DNA of 64,000 bases, taken from positions 119,350,001-119,414,000 of the forward strand of contig OX597817.1 in assembly GCA_951406725.2 (NCBI GenBank), read 5' to 3'. The translations under genes were made by a program, and so were the position numbers. This DNA is from Octopus vulgaris. Taxonomy: Eukaryota. Shown here piece by piece: positions 63,057 to 64,000 of the stretch; the first letter of the stretch is position 1, and every line of letters begins with the position of its first letter. Below the pieces are notes generated by a model. It saw only the letters and a list, made by a program, of their open reading frames with translations, had not been told where the DNA came from and searched no databases.

Positions 63057-64000
63057 TCTGTATAATATTCTTTATATATATATATGTGTATGTGTGTGTA
63101 CATCCATAATATTATTTATATATATATAAGAATATGCATGCACACTGCAATACATACACACACAGATACACATGGGTATACATGCATACATATACACATG
63201 TATGTATATACATATGCATGCATGTATAGATGAATATGGGCTCACAATGTAGTGAATTACAATTAAACCAAAAGAAATTACTCAATTCTGTTTCATTATT
63301 GTTACATAAAGTAGATCATGAACCACTACTAGCAGTTTCTTAATTCTGAAATCACTTTCAAATGACAAAAGGCGAAAATAGAAGGATGAGATGAAGGAGA
63401 GGAAGACAGAGATGGACAATAATAGAAGTGAAACAAGAGACTGAGAGAAGACAAATTGAAGGAAGGATTAGCAAAAGTATAGAAACGGACAAGCATGGTG
63501 TAGGAGATGTTGAGGAGATTAAGGGCTATGAAAGAGAGAGTGGGAGCAAGAAGAGTGGAAAAAAGATAGAAGGAATAACAAGCATGTGAGCAGAAAGGGT
63601 GATGCAATGAAGGAAGAAAGAGAGGAATAGTTGGGCATTTGGGAAGATGAATAGGAATATGTAGAGAAGATAAAAGAGATGAATAGGGAAACTTGTTGGT
63701 TCCCAACATATTCATTTAGTCAGAATGAATAGAATGGGGAAATGTTATTAAACAAGCTGTGGAAGTGATGTGTAATAAGGATGGTATGAGAAGCTGAGAT
63801 AATTAATATGCACCATCATCACATTTTTTAAAGTAAGCATGAGTTAGACAAGAGTCAGTGAGGCAACTAAACATTATATTGAAGGATCTCTTAGTGGAGT
63901 ACCATATATATTAATTTTTACAAGTACAAAACTGGGAGAGAGACCTCAAAGTTGTGGTTTATTAGCTGTCATCGTCATCAGACAGAAGTTTACTTTGGTT

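Overview
AT-rich eukaryotic DNA dominated by microsatellites and decayed transposable elements. The SINE/MITE repertoire matches what I recognise from octopus (coleoid cephalopod) genomes; this is an inference, not a database result. I found no host protein-coding exon, tRNA, rRNA or CRISPR array that I can support, so the window reads as a long intron or intergenic region. Most supplied ORFs are translations of (TA)n/(CA)n/(ATT)n tracts; only three overlap recognisable TE proteins. Supportable elements: a full-length dead DD34D mariner (8995-10235), a Chapaev3-like transposase remnant (~22456-23536), a 5'-truncated R4/Dong-like RLE retrotransposon inside a (TAA)n tract (52058-53615), a Penelope-like (Naiad-type) remnant (~50440-51245), non-autonomous Helitrons, hAT and piggyBac MITEs nested in SINEs, two long fold-back MITEs, and four SINE families. 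The most notable non-coding signal is a dispersed repeat whose two copies jointly reconstruct a minimal type I hammerhead ribozyme (30809-30856, 58986-59031). I did not find evidence for a wholly new biological system.
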